Below, in pieces: positions 12,101-24,680 of a stretch of 64,000 bases of DNA. The first letter of the stretch is position 1; every line of letters starts with the position of its first letter. The translations under genes and the position numbers were made by a program. Source of the stretch: Takakia lepidozioides. Lineage: Eukaryota; Plantae; Bryophyta. The stretch covers positions 2,728,001 to 2,792,000 of the forward strand of contig CM060734.1 in the NCBI GenBank assembly GCA_030704615.1. The letters are read 5' to 3'. The notes beneath the pieces are model-generated. The model was not told the origin of the DNA. It saw only the letters and a list, made by a program, of their open reading frames with translations, and did not search any database.

Positions 12101-15100
12101 TAGAGGAGTTGGTGAGGAGAGTGAGAAGACTTTGTATACTCGTAGCGAGGGATCCTACATTCCAAGAAGTAATAGTTAGTACACAGGTGTGGATGTCCGG
12201 GGTGGCAGGGGTCGGGTTGGGAGAGGGTGTGACCAATGACGCTTCCGTGGTTTGGGTTGCTGAGGTCGGGGGATTGTATCCAGGTATCGGACTAACTGCG
12301 GCGAGAGTAGAGTTGAGGATGTCAGTGGAGAGGAAGGGGAATTTGTGGGTGGCCTCAGTAAGGTCGGTATCAGGAGCGGTTATGGTAGCGAGATGGTCGC
12401 CTAGGATTTTATGTATAGCACCTGGTTGGGATTGCAATAGATTGACGGATTCATGGAGTGAGGATAGAAGGTGAGGTTGGGCTAAGTAGTTGTGCGGGTG
12501 CGGTGGCAGCCTTTTTAGTTGTAGGAGGAAGGGGCGTAGTTGGGAGGTGGAGTGGGAGTAGAGGAATCCATTACAGACTTCTGGTAGGGGTGAGATGATG
12601 ATTATAAGGGAGAAGAGAAGATGGAGCTGCGGGAAGGATTTGAGTTTTTGTAGTGCTTTAGAAAGTGCCGGGTAATGGCTAGGGGGGAGCCCGAAGGTGG
12701 TGATGATTTGTGTGGGTGTGTGGGCGGCGGCAGGGTGTGGCAGGAAGAAGGGCGTGAAGTGGTCACCAACGTGTCTATAGTTATGCATGAGCGACAAGGT
12801 ATCCGGTTGGAAGTATAATGAGTATTTGTCTTGCGCGTCGGCGGGGAGATTTTGAATAATGTCGTTAATGGGTGTAGGCCCAGGGTTTGGGTGTATATCA
12901 CCGCAACGGAGTAATGTTAGGTATAGGCATGCATTCATATATGACTGAAGTGACATGGGAGGGTGATGGTAGGAGTGTTTAGATTTGTCAAGATAAATAT
13001 GGTATCGACCATGCGGGCTACGTGTGTGGAGAGGCGGTCGGTCCATGTAGTGCCGTGCCCGGGGGTGGGGGAAGTTGATGGGGGGGGTGGGGAGTGTATG
13101 GGTCATGGATTGCGGGAAGGGGTGAGGGCTGGTGCCGCGCGTGGGGATGAGGCAGCTAGGTGGGCTATAGTGGGGATAATGTGGAGGGGGTGTTGGAGAG
13201 ATATGCAGTGCTTGCAGAGGAGCAGGTTGGCAGTGGGTGGTGAGGTAGGTATTGGGGAGTCGTGATGTTGGTGCCGAGGGTGGGTAATTAGTGTGAGAGC
13301 TATGCTGAGTTATATAGTGAGGGGTGGGATGTGGAGTGGTAATTGAACTGGCATATGATATGCGTAGGGGAATGACAGTTGGCGGGTGATTTTTATAGGG
13401 GTTGGTTTCGTGGAATTGACATAAATAGGCTATGGGCTGATTTTCATTTTTGGGCCCTGATGTGAGAATATAAGTGTGGTAAGCGATGGTTGTGTCAAGA
13501 TCCAATGCATGTAGCAGCCTGAAACATAGATGAGGGAGGCGTGCGAGATCAGCCTTGTGCGGTGTGTGTGTTTGGGTAATAGTAGTGGGAGGAGAGAGTT
13601 TTATAAAACATTGTGGGAAGGTGATGGGGGAATAGTGGGGGGAAGTAGTGTGAGGCAGTGATGTGAGGGTAGTGTGCTGGGTTTGAGTCAGACTTTGATA
13701 GAACCCAGGCGGGTAGATAAATGTGACATAAACAAAGAATGTGAATTGAGTACCACCATCTAGGAGCATCACATTTAATAAGCAAACTACTTGTGAGATC
13801 ATTGGTATAGCGCTGTTGGAAGATGCCAGAGAGTAGACACATGGTGGCCTGGGGAGGTCCGACTGGTGTGGCGCGCTTTGTTGCAGCGTTGTGTTCCTGG
13901 AAAGCATCGGGGTGAGCTGCATTTGAGTATGTGTTCATCAGCTTTGTCAGCATTATGCCGGGGCTTGATGGGATAGCTCTCCAACCTGTAGTTGCGACTG
14001 AAAGAGTAGGGTGAGGTAAGAATGTTAGAGGCCCATTGGGGTTTGAGGATAAGAAACAAATGAATTGAGAGCCACAATCTAGAAGCATCACCTTAGATAA
14101 GCAAGCTAGTAGTGCTGAGCAAACTGGCTGTGTATACACTGGTGGGTAATTTAAATCATGTGATAGATGTTGCACAGTCAGAGTGGGCCTAACCAGCTCA
14201 GGAGTCGAGAGAAGCGAGGTAGGATGTTGTCGGGAGTGTAAATGTGTACTGACAGGAGCACAGTTCGTGCCGAGAGATTGACTGTCCATTGCCAAAGTTT
14301 GCATGCAGGGGGCATAGTAGGATAGATACAAGCAAACTTGCATATGCAGTTCAGGCAGGGGCCGGTTGGAAGTAGGTAAGAAATAGAGTTCCAGTAAGTG
14401 TGCTGACCTGCTGCATGGTGGAGTGCCGGGATGACCAGCCTGATGAGCTACATCAGCTGGGGAACAGTTATTCTGGGGGTTTTGTGAGAGCAGTGCAAAC
14501 TTCCAATAAACCACGTTGGTAGCTTTAAAGCAGGGAGCAACTAGCAGAGTGGGTAGGAGGTTACCTGGAGGTGAGTTAGACGAGGGTAGAAGGGAAGTGG
14601 TGGGTAGGGGCCTGCTGATTGTGTGAAACCGCCATAAGATTGAGGGCTTTGGCGGACTGGCTGGCTGGTTCGGTGCAGCGGCTGATGGATGAAAACAGCC
14701 CCTGACAGTGCCACTGCTTCTGAAGGCCGGCAGATAAAGATGGTGGTTGGTAGTCATACATGGGTAATCATTAACAAGCCCGTGCACCCTTTGCTGTGGC
14801 AGCCAGCTTTGTTGGTCAAATCCTGTGGGCTGTTTGCTGTGGTGGCACAATGGGTTCTCTGTTGTGCGCTCCAGAACATCACATTCATGACGCCCTCTGA
14901 GCTCAGCATTTGCAGCACATGCATCATTGAGCATCTATGCAGATCAGCATAACTTGCCACGGGGGTAGCTGCGCAATTTACACCAGACCATTTGTGGAAA
15001 GAATGGACAGCTAGAGCTACTGTCGTTAACGATGTAGCATTTTGCTAACTAAGTGCTAGAGTAGAATTTTTGTAGTTAGCTATCAGAATCATGGTATCCG

Positions 15101-15500
15101 ACAATCGATCAACAGGATGCAAATGGTGTAGGGTAAAGTTATGCCTCACAGTCTCCAGCACTTTGTTCGATGATGCAGAGGGCACATGGTCAGTAGCCTC
15201 TGAAAAGCTGCAACAGCATGGCAAGGAGTATTGTTGACGGAGAGGCCCTGGTGGCTTGGCTGCAATGGAATATTATTGACATTCATGTTGGGCTCTGTAC
15301 CCAATCCATCTGCCAAGGCATGATAACTAAAGTGTTGAGGAAGAGGGTGACCCCGGGGAAGAGTCGCACGCTGGGATGCCCCGAAGCCGAATGAGGCCAC
15401 TATGGATTGAAAATCTGTAGGCTGGGTATAATGCCAAAAAGGCTTAACCCCCAGCCCCTGGCCTGCGGTGAGTATCCATGGAGCGTCACCAAACTTGGGC
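9150..15500 (-). mobile_element. LINE, 5' portion (long N-terminal region, 2A-like motif, APE endonuclease, RT)
   Basis: APE motifs TSWNVGS, LLQ*TKL, RGGVAL, LAGDFN, SDHYPI. RT motifs KAPGPD, NYRPIAL, QEGFR, LYIDFKNVFGSMDH, QGDTLSPYLF, YADDL. Ends abruptly just after the RT thumb; the 5' boundary is approximate. Confidence 0.92.
12876..12914 (-). other. 2A-like (StopGo) peptide motif LLRCGDIHPNPGP upstream of APE
   Basis: Resembles D[V/I]ExNPGP with H in place of E, in frame with the start of the APE domain. Confidence 0.7.
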
Positions 15501-15529
15501 CCCTGATGGGTATCTGCCTTTGAAGAGCC

Positions 15530-17139
15530 CCCTCAATACTTCAGCAGCTTATGACCTCCCATAACTCCCCGGAGCTTCCTCTCCCCGACTCCACCCCCCC
15601 CCTATCCCCGTTAATTGCCATGAGCAACTTCCCCCCACCCTCTAAACCCCCCTACCCCCCCTTCCCCCTACCTAGCCAACTCCAACCACCCCAAGGCCTT
15701 TGTCATTGAAGCTATTCTCGGCATCAAGACTCAAACCTCCCTCGACGTATACGACGCCACTTGTGTTGACACATATTACCTATGTAAATGGGCGGGTTTC
15801 CCTGTTACTGATAACACCTGGCAGATCAAAGACGACCTCTTTGGAACCCATGAAGATTGCGACCCTACTCACAACCGTAGCCTCCTTATCACCTTCTACA
15901 AAACAACTAACACCAATTACTTAGCGCACACCCACCAACATCATGTTTCTCAAACCCAACCAATCGACGCCCGATACATCCATACCCCCTTGAACGCTCC
16001 ACATATTCATATACACATCTCTGAATGCAACCCCGACAAAGATATTACCCAAATCTCCCCCATTATATGCCCTAGGCGCCTGACTTCCCATATCTACACA
16101 CTTAACGGTCACTTCACCGGCTCTATCTCTAATGTCAGACTCGTCTGGCTTTGGAATAGATATGACGCCTCCTCAACTGACACCATCCTGTTACAACCCC
16201 CAAAACAAGACTTTGCCACTGAGGTCTGCTGGCTTGTTGACCGATACTTACGCGATACCCCCACGAAAAAACCACACACCCCCGATAAACTAGCTCAAGC
16301 ATATACCCATAGCACTATACCCTCTGACATCCTCAAATTCCTCATCTCTACATTCCAGCTTACCCACTCATACTACTCCAGCCCACTTACATGCCCCCCA
16401 GAGCTTTCTTCTTACGCCAGCCCGCACCCCCGAGACTGTGTATTCAGAGCCTTGGGCCCCGCTACCCAACACTCTTGGTCTGGCGGTGGCCTTGCGCACC
16501 ACCTCCCGGGCACCCTCACACTGAGGCTCTCCTATGGCGCGCCTCGCTGCCACTCCTCCCCCTCCGCCTACACTATTCTCATTCTTACACATCAAAGCTC
16601 ACCTGACAACCAACATCCCCTTCTACAAATTCCTCCAGAAGTAATACCGTTAGCCGCTATTGAACCCAACCATCTTGGCTATACACACAACCTACCATTC
16701 CAAAATACCTCCGCCACAAAGAAACTACTCTGACCCTAATTCTGCTTGTTCAGGCTACCTCATGCCCCCCATACCCTCCGACTTCCCCGCTCATCTCAAT
16801 CGTCTACTTTCCGATACCCATAACATGTTACTCACGCCATACTCACCTCCACCCACATGCAACCCCACCGCTAGGCTACCCACTAAGCTAAAAGCATGGA
16901 CCTTAGCCACCCCCCCCCCCCCCCCCCCCCCCCCCCGCCCTAGCCCCACTCATACTATCTCCCACAACGCCCCCCGGTTCACCTTGGGCCCACTTCCCCA
17001 AAATACCCCCCCCCCCTCCACTCACACTACACAGACGGCTCCCAATCTGACTCCTGCGCCGGATACGGAGTCTACTATGCCGCTACTAACAAAGGTACCA
17101 CACATCGTCTCCCAGGCCCCGCGACCATACTCCGCGCGG
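15530..17139 (+). mobile_element. LINE, 3' portion: chromodomain, PCIF1-like methyltransferase fold and N-terminal RNase H
   Basis: Chromodomain at 15699-15839; PCIF1-like region ~16120-16600 in the same frame; RNase H YTDGSQSDSCAGYGVY...TILRA at 17028-17138. Same C/A-rich coding-strand bias as the minus-strand LINE piece. Confidence 0.8.
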
Positions 17140-17806
17140 CACAGCCCGTCACAGCGTACGTAGGGAAAGGTTATCATTGGCAGGGAACGACTGTGTGGGA
17201 ACGACATCTGCAGAGGGAACGTGTTTACTTTTTAGGTGACAGTTAGTTAGTTAGGCAGTTAGAATAGTTTGCAGGTAGATTAAGGAGAGCAGCAACAGGG
17301 AGGGGGACACTTCACGGGGAGCACTTCTTGGTCAGGCATGAGAGGAGATCTGGCGGAGAGCAAGAACGGAAGCAAGGATGGAGAGTACGGTGAAGGAGGA
17401 GAGATGATCAGTAGATGCTTGTTACATGCAAAGCTGTAGTGATACTGTAGAGGAGATTAAAGACACCATAGCTTCGGCCTGATACCTGATAAATCTTAAT
17501 CTGATACTTATTCGATACAATCACACTGTGTAGAGAGACTTGAGTGAAGTTGTGGAATGAATGGATGAGTGAAGGGAACCTGATAGATACAGAAGCAATC
17601 TGATGCTTCAGTATACACAGTAAGGTAATTTGCTAACATGAAGGCAAGAAGAAATACAAACAGGAAGCACAACCATGATTCACTAGCTGTACGTCATGAC
17701 TGATTGTTCTGAGCGGGGGGCTGAGTGCTTAGAGATATCCAACTCTTCTATCTTGGAGTTTCCACCTCGGATAGCGAAGGAATGGGTGAGTAAAAGTCGC
17801 TCGACA
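17140..17806 (+). mobile_element. 5'-truncated 5' LTR of Ty3/gypsy element 2
   Basis: Colinear with ~30480-31174; ends CGACA directly before a PBS. Confidence 0.8.
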
Positions 17807-17808
17807 TT

Positions 17809-17826
17809 TGGCGACCATACTAGGGA
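17809..17826 (+). promoter_or_regulatory. Primer-binding site, tRNA-Arg-like
   Basis: TGGCGACCATACTAGGGA lies 2 nt after the LTR end; TGGCGAC is typical of tRNA-Arg-primed non-chromoviruses. Confidence 0.65.
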
Positions 17827-20800
17827 ACTGGGTCAAGAACAACCAGATGTGACAGACATCTGGTGGGATCATGGTGGATGGAGAATTAAAGAATTTGATG
17901 TGAATCAAATTCCCTGTGGAACTGAGAAAGAAAGGTTGTCCAAGCAATTATTTCAGAGATTCTTGGAATTGCCAGACGGTTGCAAGTAAAACAGTCTTAA
18001 GAGAGTGCATGATGCGGATCTTGACTGGGGTCTGGAGAAAGGAGTGATAAAGATTTATCAAGTGGCCTGTAGAGGGAGAGCAAGTTGGTTACCAACGCTG
18101 GTTTATGTGATAGCGTTGCTATCCAAAAACGAGTGGAGTTTGAGGCTGGGAGGAACGGAAAGTGAATGTTTACACTCATATGCATGAAGAGTTGGTACTG
18201 GTAAAGAATTGGATTACTAAGGATATCCTGTGGATCAAATTGACACCAAGAACAGCTTTTCAGACGTGCTCGCCATATGGTTATATGGTAACAGAGACTT
18301 CTAGTATAGCCAAAGGTGCATTGAAGCTTGAAAGAAACCCAGGCATATATGAGAGATACTACATAAGAGAGTTTTGGTTATTGCCTCATTGAAGATATGA
18401 GAGACATGGGACACGAGTGATGAAAGAGAAGCTAGACTTCATAGATATTCAGCAGAAAGAGAAAGTTATTTGAAAGCTTATTATCCATATCTCTGCGAGA
18501 GAGGAATAGAATAGGAGAATTGTTGGACCTCTCACACCATTAAGATCAAAGAGTACATCACCCATACCGGAGGAACCAGAGTTGGATGCCACTCCTTCTT
18601 ATTCTTTACAAGAAAGATTAAGGGATTTGGTATAGGAAGAAGATCAACCACGAGGGGAGAGATCTGAGGTACATCCCTGGATCAAGGATTTGACAGAAAT
18701 CTTTGATAAGAGTTGGCATGGGACACCAAAGGCAGGAACTCCAGTTTCTGAATTACAAGATAAAGAGGGAGAGGAAGATGTGGCAGAACCAACGGAGAGT
18801 TCAGACTCTCCCACACCACTCCAGTTGAGTTACATGAGTGAGGAAGAAGAAATCCAAGAAAAGAGCTTGGAAGAAGAAAACAGAGAGAAGAATTTGGAAG
18901 ATGAGGAGTATGAAGAAGTAGACCCAACGGTTGAGGGTGAGACTAAAACCAAGACGTCCCAACCCGTTGGACCTGGATCAAGTGGAGCACTTGAATCACA
19001 GGCCAACGAAGGTGTCGGCTTAGGGGGATCAGGCAAGAAGCTTGGATCTGGCTCTAGGGGGACAGGGAGTGTGGGAAGTAGTGCAACTAGAGCTGGGAAT
19101 ACTGTGAGTATAGAAGGGCCAGTAGCAGGGAGTGCTCAGGGGCCAGCACCTGGTGGAAGATCCACCACTACAACAACAGGTCCTCAAGGACCAGCACCAA
19201 CAAGAGGACCACCACCTGTCAGAGGGCAGGGTGTGGGGCCACAGATGGCGGTACCTCCAACACGGGCAAAACCACCTTTTCCAATATATGCAGGGAAAGG
19301 GGATCCTGATGTACACATTAGCCAATTTGAGCACATGTGTATTGTGAACAATGAGAATGGCGATGATGCCAAGATGAGATTGTTTCCTTGTTCACTTATC
19401 AAGAAAGCAAGTGAATGGTATGCAAGATTTCCAGATAATCATTTCCTAACCTGGAATGGCCTTAGTACGGCATTCCGAAACAGGTTCAGGACAAGCAAAA
19501 CTGAGGATGAAGTGTATGGAAGTTTACAATAGTTAAGGCAAAGGAAACATGAAACTGTTGAGGAGTACATGGAAAAGATGGGGTTAATGATGAAAAAGCT
19601 GGCTGCTGTACCAGCGCCAGGGTTACAGAAGACCTGGTTTGTGAGTGGACTAAGACCAGAGTTGCAAAAGAAAGTGGATATGTTACCAATAATACAGTGG
19701 AGGAGGCATTTGAAACAGCAACAGGATTGAGCAATTGGGAATGCTCATAAGAGATAAAAGGGATGATGAGGACTCTGAGGATGAGTCAGATGAGGAAGAA
19801 GAGCAAGAGCTCAAAAGGACGAGTAAGAAGAAGGGAAAGATGAAGAGGGACAACTATGAGAAAAGACTAGAAGAAATCTTGAAGAAGTATGCCACAGAGG
19901 CTGCAACACATTGGAGGAAGGGTGTTTGGTGTGCAAAATGCCAGAATGAAGGCCATACACAGCTGAATGCCACATGAAGAGAAGAACTGTACTATCTGTA
20001 AAATGGATAACCATTCTCTTGAGAATGTTACTACAACAGAGGACAACTGCAAGAGAAGAGAATCTAGGCAAGTGAGGGTGCATCAAGTGCAGCCCCAGCC
20101 AAGAAGAAACAATGAACATGACCACTATGGTAGGCCTGGTGGATATAACAATGGTATGGCAGGGAGAGGTAATCCAAGAGGGAATACCTAAGGAAGGAAA
20201 TCCCAGAGGCAACTATCAGGGTAATCCAAGGGGGAATTACCAGCCAGGGAATCAGGATTATAGAAATAATCCCAGAGCAGACCAAGGGCGAAGACCCAAT
20301 GGTGAAGAACTGTGTTACTATTGTAATCAGGCAGGATATCGTAAGGCAGCCTGTCCATTCTGGATCAGACACCAGAATGAGATGAGAGCTCTTGTGAATG
20401 AGGGCCCGGTGGTGGCAGCTCACATGGTTAGGCCATGTTTTATACCAGAAGTAAGTACGATGATAGTAACCAGAAGCAAAGCTAAACTAATACCTCCAAT
20501 GGATGAGGAAGAAGATGGTTATGAGGATGGCAGTGATGTGCCTAAAGATGATGAGGCTTGGAGAGATGAGAAGGAACTGCACAGGGAAGTGGTTGACACC
20601 ATAAGGGAAAGCAAGAAGAGTACTGATATTCCTATGGTAGATACCTCTGACTCTGATAGAGAAGATGGAGAGAATTCAGATCAAGTGAAGAAGGAAGCTG
20701 CACAAGTGCAGAGTAATGAAGGGATTTTGGCTGAAGTAATATGCCAGACCAAAGCTGAGATTACCATTGGACAGCTATTGGCTGTGGCACCTCATTGTAG

Positions 20801-23800
20801 GCACGGCTGTATCAAGCATTAATCAGATTGCTCATGTGACAGAAAACACAGACTTGAATAGCAAGGTGACAAGTTATAATGTGAGGCCTGAAGGGCGAGA
20901 AACAGTCATGGATTTTGATGATTCTATGCCAGTAATCCAATTGAAAATTGGAAGCACAGACTTGACTGATGTACTGATAGATGGAGGTTCGGGAGTGAAT
21001 ATTATGACAGACCAATTAAGACGGAAACTTGGTCTGAGTAACATGAAACCAGCCCCATTTACAGTAACAATGGCAGATCAAAGGAGTGTACAGCCTTTAG
21101 GCTTGATAAGAGAGTAAAGATACCGATCAGATAAGAGATGATTTTTAAGATCACAGTGACTGTGTTGAAAATGGATGATGTCATGGAAGCTTACTCCTTA
21201 TTGCTGGGGCGACCATGGCTGAAACAGGCCAGGGTATTCCATGACTGGAATTCCCAGTTACTGACTGTGCATGGTGGGAAGCACAAGATACAGGTCACCA
21301 CTAGGAAATCTAGTAGACTACCTGCTACCAGAAGACCTCGTGGAGTCAGAGAGTATGACTGGAGGGGAGGACTCGATGAGGAGCAGGAAGCTACCCTATT
21401 TGCTGCGCACCCAGAGTGGGAGCAGGTTGCAAAAATGCAATTGGGAGGCCTGAGTTGTTTAAAAGGTATCTGCTGTGGTGCAGTGACAACAACACAAATG
21501 AGGGGGAAACAAGTAGTTACCCACCACATTTCTATGAGGAAAGAGAGGGAGAAATGGAAATCCTAGAAGAACCAGCCATTGTGAGTTTAGAGGATGAAGT
21601 AGTGGCTGGATGGACAATCATAGCTGAAGAGCAGGTGAGAGACGTGAATGTGGGAACTGAGGAGGAACCCAGAATGGTGAAGTAGGGGCTGACTTGGAGC
21701 CGAATTATTTTGAGGAGGCTAAGAACCTGTTTATCAAATACAAATATGTATTTGGATGGAGTTATGAGGATCTGAAAAGGATACCCCCTGAGATTTGCCA
21801 GCATAAGATTGAACTGGAACCGGGGTCAGTACCAATCAAACAGGCAAGGTAACAGGATGAATCCCAACTATGCACAGAACGTTGGGGAAGAGATCAAGAA
21901 GTTGGCTGAGGCTAAGTTCATATACCCAATAGAGTATACAACTTGGTTGTCACCCATAGTGATAGTTCCCAAGAAAAATGGCAAACTGAGAGTTTGTGTG
22001 AACTATAAAAAGTTGAATGCTTGTACAAAGAAAGATCCTTTTCCCTTGCCATTCACAGAAGCGATACTGGACACTGTGGCAGGCCATGAGATGTACTCAT
22101 TCATGGATGGCTTCAGTGGGTATAACCAAGTACAAGTGGCAGAAGAAGACCAGGGAAAGACAGCTTTCATCACAGACTGGGGTGCTTATGCATACAAAGT
22201 CATATCTTTTGGACTTTGTAATGCACCAGCAACTTTTCAGAGAGTGATAAGTGAATCCTTCCATGAGTATCTGGATGATTTCATGCAAGTGTTCTTAGAT
22301 GACTTCAGTGTGTACAGCTCTAAGAATGAGCACCTGCAGAAGTTGGAGTTATTGTTGGCCAGATGCAAGATGAGAGGTCTCAGACTGAATCCGGAAAAGT
22401 GTACTTTTTGTGTGAACTCAGGGGTACTACTGGGACACATTGTGTGTAAGAAGGGACTGCTTGTGGATCCCAAAAAGACGGAGGCCATTAAAGCATCACC
22501 ACCACCAGGAAATGTTAAAAGTCTAAGGGATCCTTGGACAAACCAGTTACTACAGAAGATTTGTCAGACAGTATGCACAGATGGCAGCACCTTTGAGCAA
22601 GCTTCTGAAGAAGGATGCAGTGTTTACATGGACAGATGAAATTGTCAACAGGCTTTTGAGGAACTTACATTGTCAGTAACAACTACACATGTGCTGATTA
22701 ACCCTCACTGGCACGTAGTATTTCATGTACACTGTGATGCCTCAGGAGAAGCATTGGGACCTGTGTTAGCCCAAAATATCACAGGAAACATAGATTCACC
22801 TGTGTACTATGCTAGCAGGTTATTGAACAGTGCTGAAAGGAACTATAGCACCACTGAAAGAGAAGCATTGGCAATGATTTATGCAGTCAAGAAATTCAGG
22901 CATACCTATTGGGAATGAAGTTTATATTTTATGTGGATCATCAGGCTTTGATTTATCTGGTGAACAAGCCTTTGATAAGTGGCAGGATAGCAAGATGGTT
23001 AATAATCTTGCACGAGTTTGAATTCGAAGTTGTTTACAAGCCTGGCCGTTTGCATCTTGTGGCAGATCACTTGTCATGCCTATCAACAGGAGAGCCCGCC
23101 ACAGGAGTAGACGATCAACTACCTGATGCGAGTCTATTTGCAGTGGAGGTGCAAGGAAGTGCAAATGATTGGTTAGATTGGCAGTGGTCAATCAGATACT
23201 ACCTTACTCATGGTCAGTGCCCACCCAGTTATGGGAAGGAACAGAGGAAGAGAATAGCTATCAAGGCTTTACCTTACACTATGATAGGTGGCGGATTGTA
23301 TAAGCTAGGACCTGATGGAGTACTTAAACGATGCTTGTACCACCATGAAGTAAATAAAATTTTGGAGGAAGTTCATAAGGGAGTGGCTGGAGGTTATTTT
23401 GGAGAGGAGACTACCAGCAAAAAAAATACTACTTGCAGGTTATTGGTGGCCTACTCTGTTCAAAGATGTGCATAAGTATTGCAAGAGTTGTGATGAGTGT
23501 CAGAGGCTAGGACCTTTGCAAAGATCTGGGAAGATGGCTTTGCATTCGACGATGCCTACTGAACCATTTCATAAATGGGGACTAGACTTTGTTGGACCAA
23601 TAAACCCACCAGCCAGAAATACACAGAACAAGTATATAATCATAGCCACTGATTATACTACAAAGTGGGTGGAAGCTAAAGCTCTGAGGGATAACACAGC
23701 TAAGTCCATAGCAAGGTTCCTGTATGAGAACATACTTACAAGATTTGGCTGTCCCCTGGAATTTATTAGTGACCAGGGAAGTCACTTCATTAACGAAACT

Positions 23801-23861
23801 ATAGAACTATTGACTAAAGAGTTCATGATTGTGCACAGGAAGAATACAACCTATTACCCAC
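17827..23861 (+). mobile_element. Non-chromovirus Ty3/gypsy (Athila/Tat-group-like) gag-PR-RT-RH-INT, degenerate
   Basis: Gag YAGKGDPDVHISQF...ASEWY; zinc knuckles; protease LIDGGSGVNIM; RT WLSPIVIVPKKNG...DGFSGYNQ...FLDDF; RNase H CDAS...YSTTEREAL; integrase CDECQR, WGLDFVGP, SDQGSHF. Cut within the integrase core. Confidence 0.93.
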
Positions 23862-24020
23862 GAGTTGGTCAAGCTGAAGACTCAGCTCAAAGATCTAATA
23901 TCAAAGGGGTACATCCGGCCGAGTAAGTCACCTTATGGAGCCCCGGTGCTATTCGCAGACAAGAAGGATGGGACGCTGCGGATGTGTGTCGATTACAGGG
24001 CTTTGAATAAGGTGACTATC
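23862..24020 (+). mobile_element. 160-bp fragment of the gypsy-1 family RT start
   Basis: Nearly identical to 7806-7964 ([38 protein letters not shown]). Confidence 0.9.
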
Positions 24021-24400
24021 ATTGCCGTTGCACATTCCGCGATTGGGCGATTCTGCGACACCGCGATTGGGACTGCCATGTTGACGAAGTCCATATCTGC
24101 GACGTCTGGGGCGTCGCAGGGTCAGTCTTGGGGGGGAAAAAGTCGCTGTTATACAGTGACGCCGCTGGCATCGCAATAGGAACGACGCCTCGAGCGTCGC
24201 AACCTCGAGCGTCGCAGAACGATCCCTTCGACTGCCATTTTGGCTAAGTCCATATCTGCGTCGCAGCATCAGTCTGGGGGGCAAAAGCGTCGCTGTTATA
24301 CAGCGATGCTGCTTCCGTCGCTTTGAAAACGACGCCTCGGGCATCGCAGTGCGACCCAGGGACTGCCAGTTTGGCCAAGTCATTGCATGCGACGCCCTGG
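24021..24400. repeat. GCGACGCC/GGCGTCGC motif cluster resembling CACTA subterminal repeats
   Basis: Same motif as the cluster preceding the CACTA terminus at 35850-36506. Confidence 0.5.
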
Positions 24401-24680
24401 AAATAATTGGTTTTTTCAATATATGAAGCAAAAGGTTGTTTGTTGTTTGTTTTCAAGGGTTTTTTCAACTCTTCACACATGGTCGCTGGAAATTCGTGAT
24501 GTGAAAAATAGCAAAGTGGGCTTTCCTCAGACATTGATCTGTTATACTTAATAAATTCATAAAAAAAAATTACTTGGTTCTTTCTAGAATATAAGATGAC
24601 TATATAGGATGTGCTCAACGACACAGTCCACACTATGACTGTTCACATATTATATAGTCCAAGAGACTAGGTGTTCACAC

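Noticed and set aside
13549-14960. Josephin-like protease or ORF1 at the LINE N-terminus
   Set aside because: No recognisable motif in any frame; a profile search on a consensus is needed.
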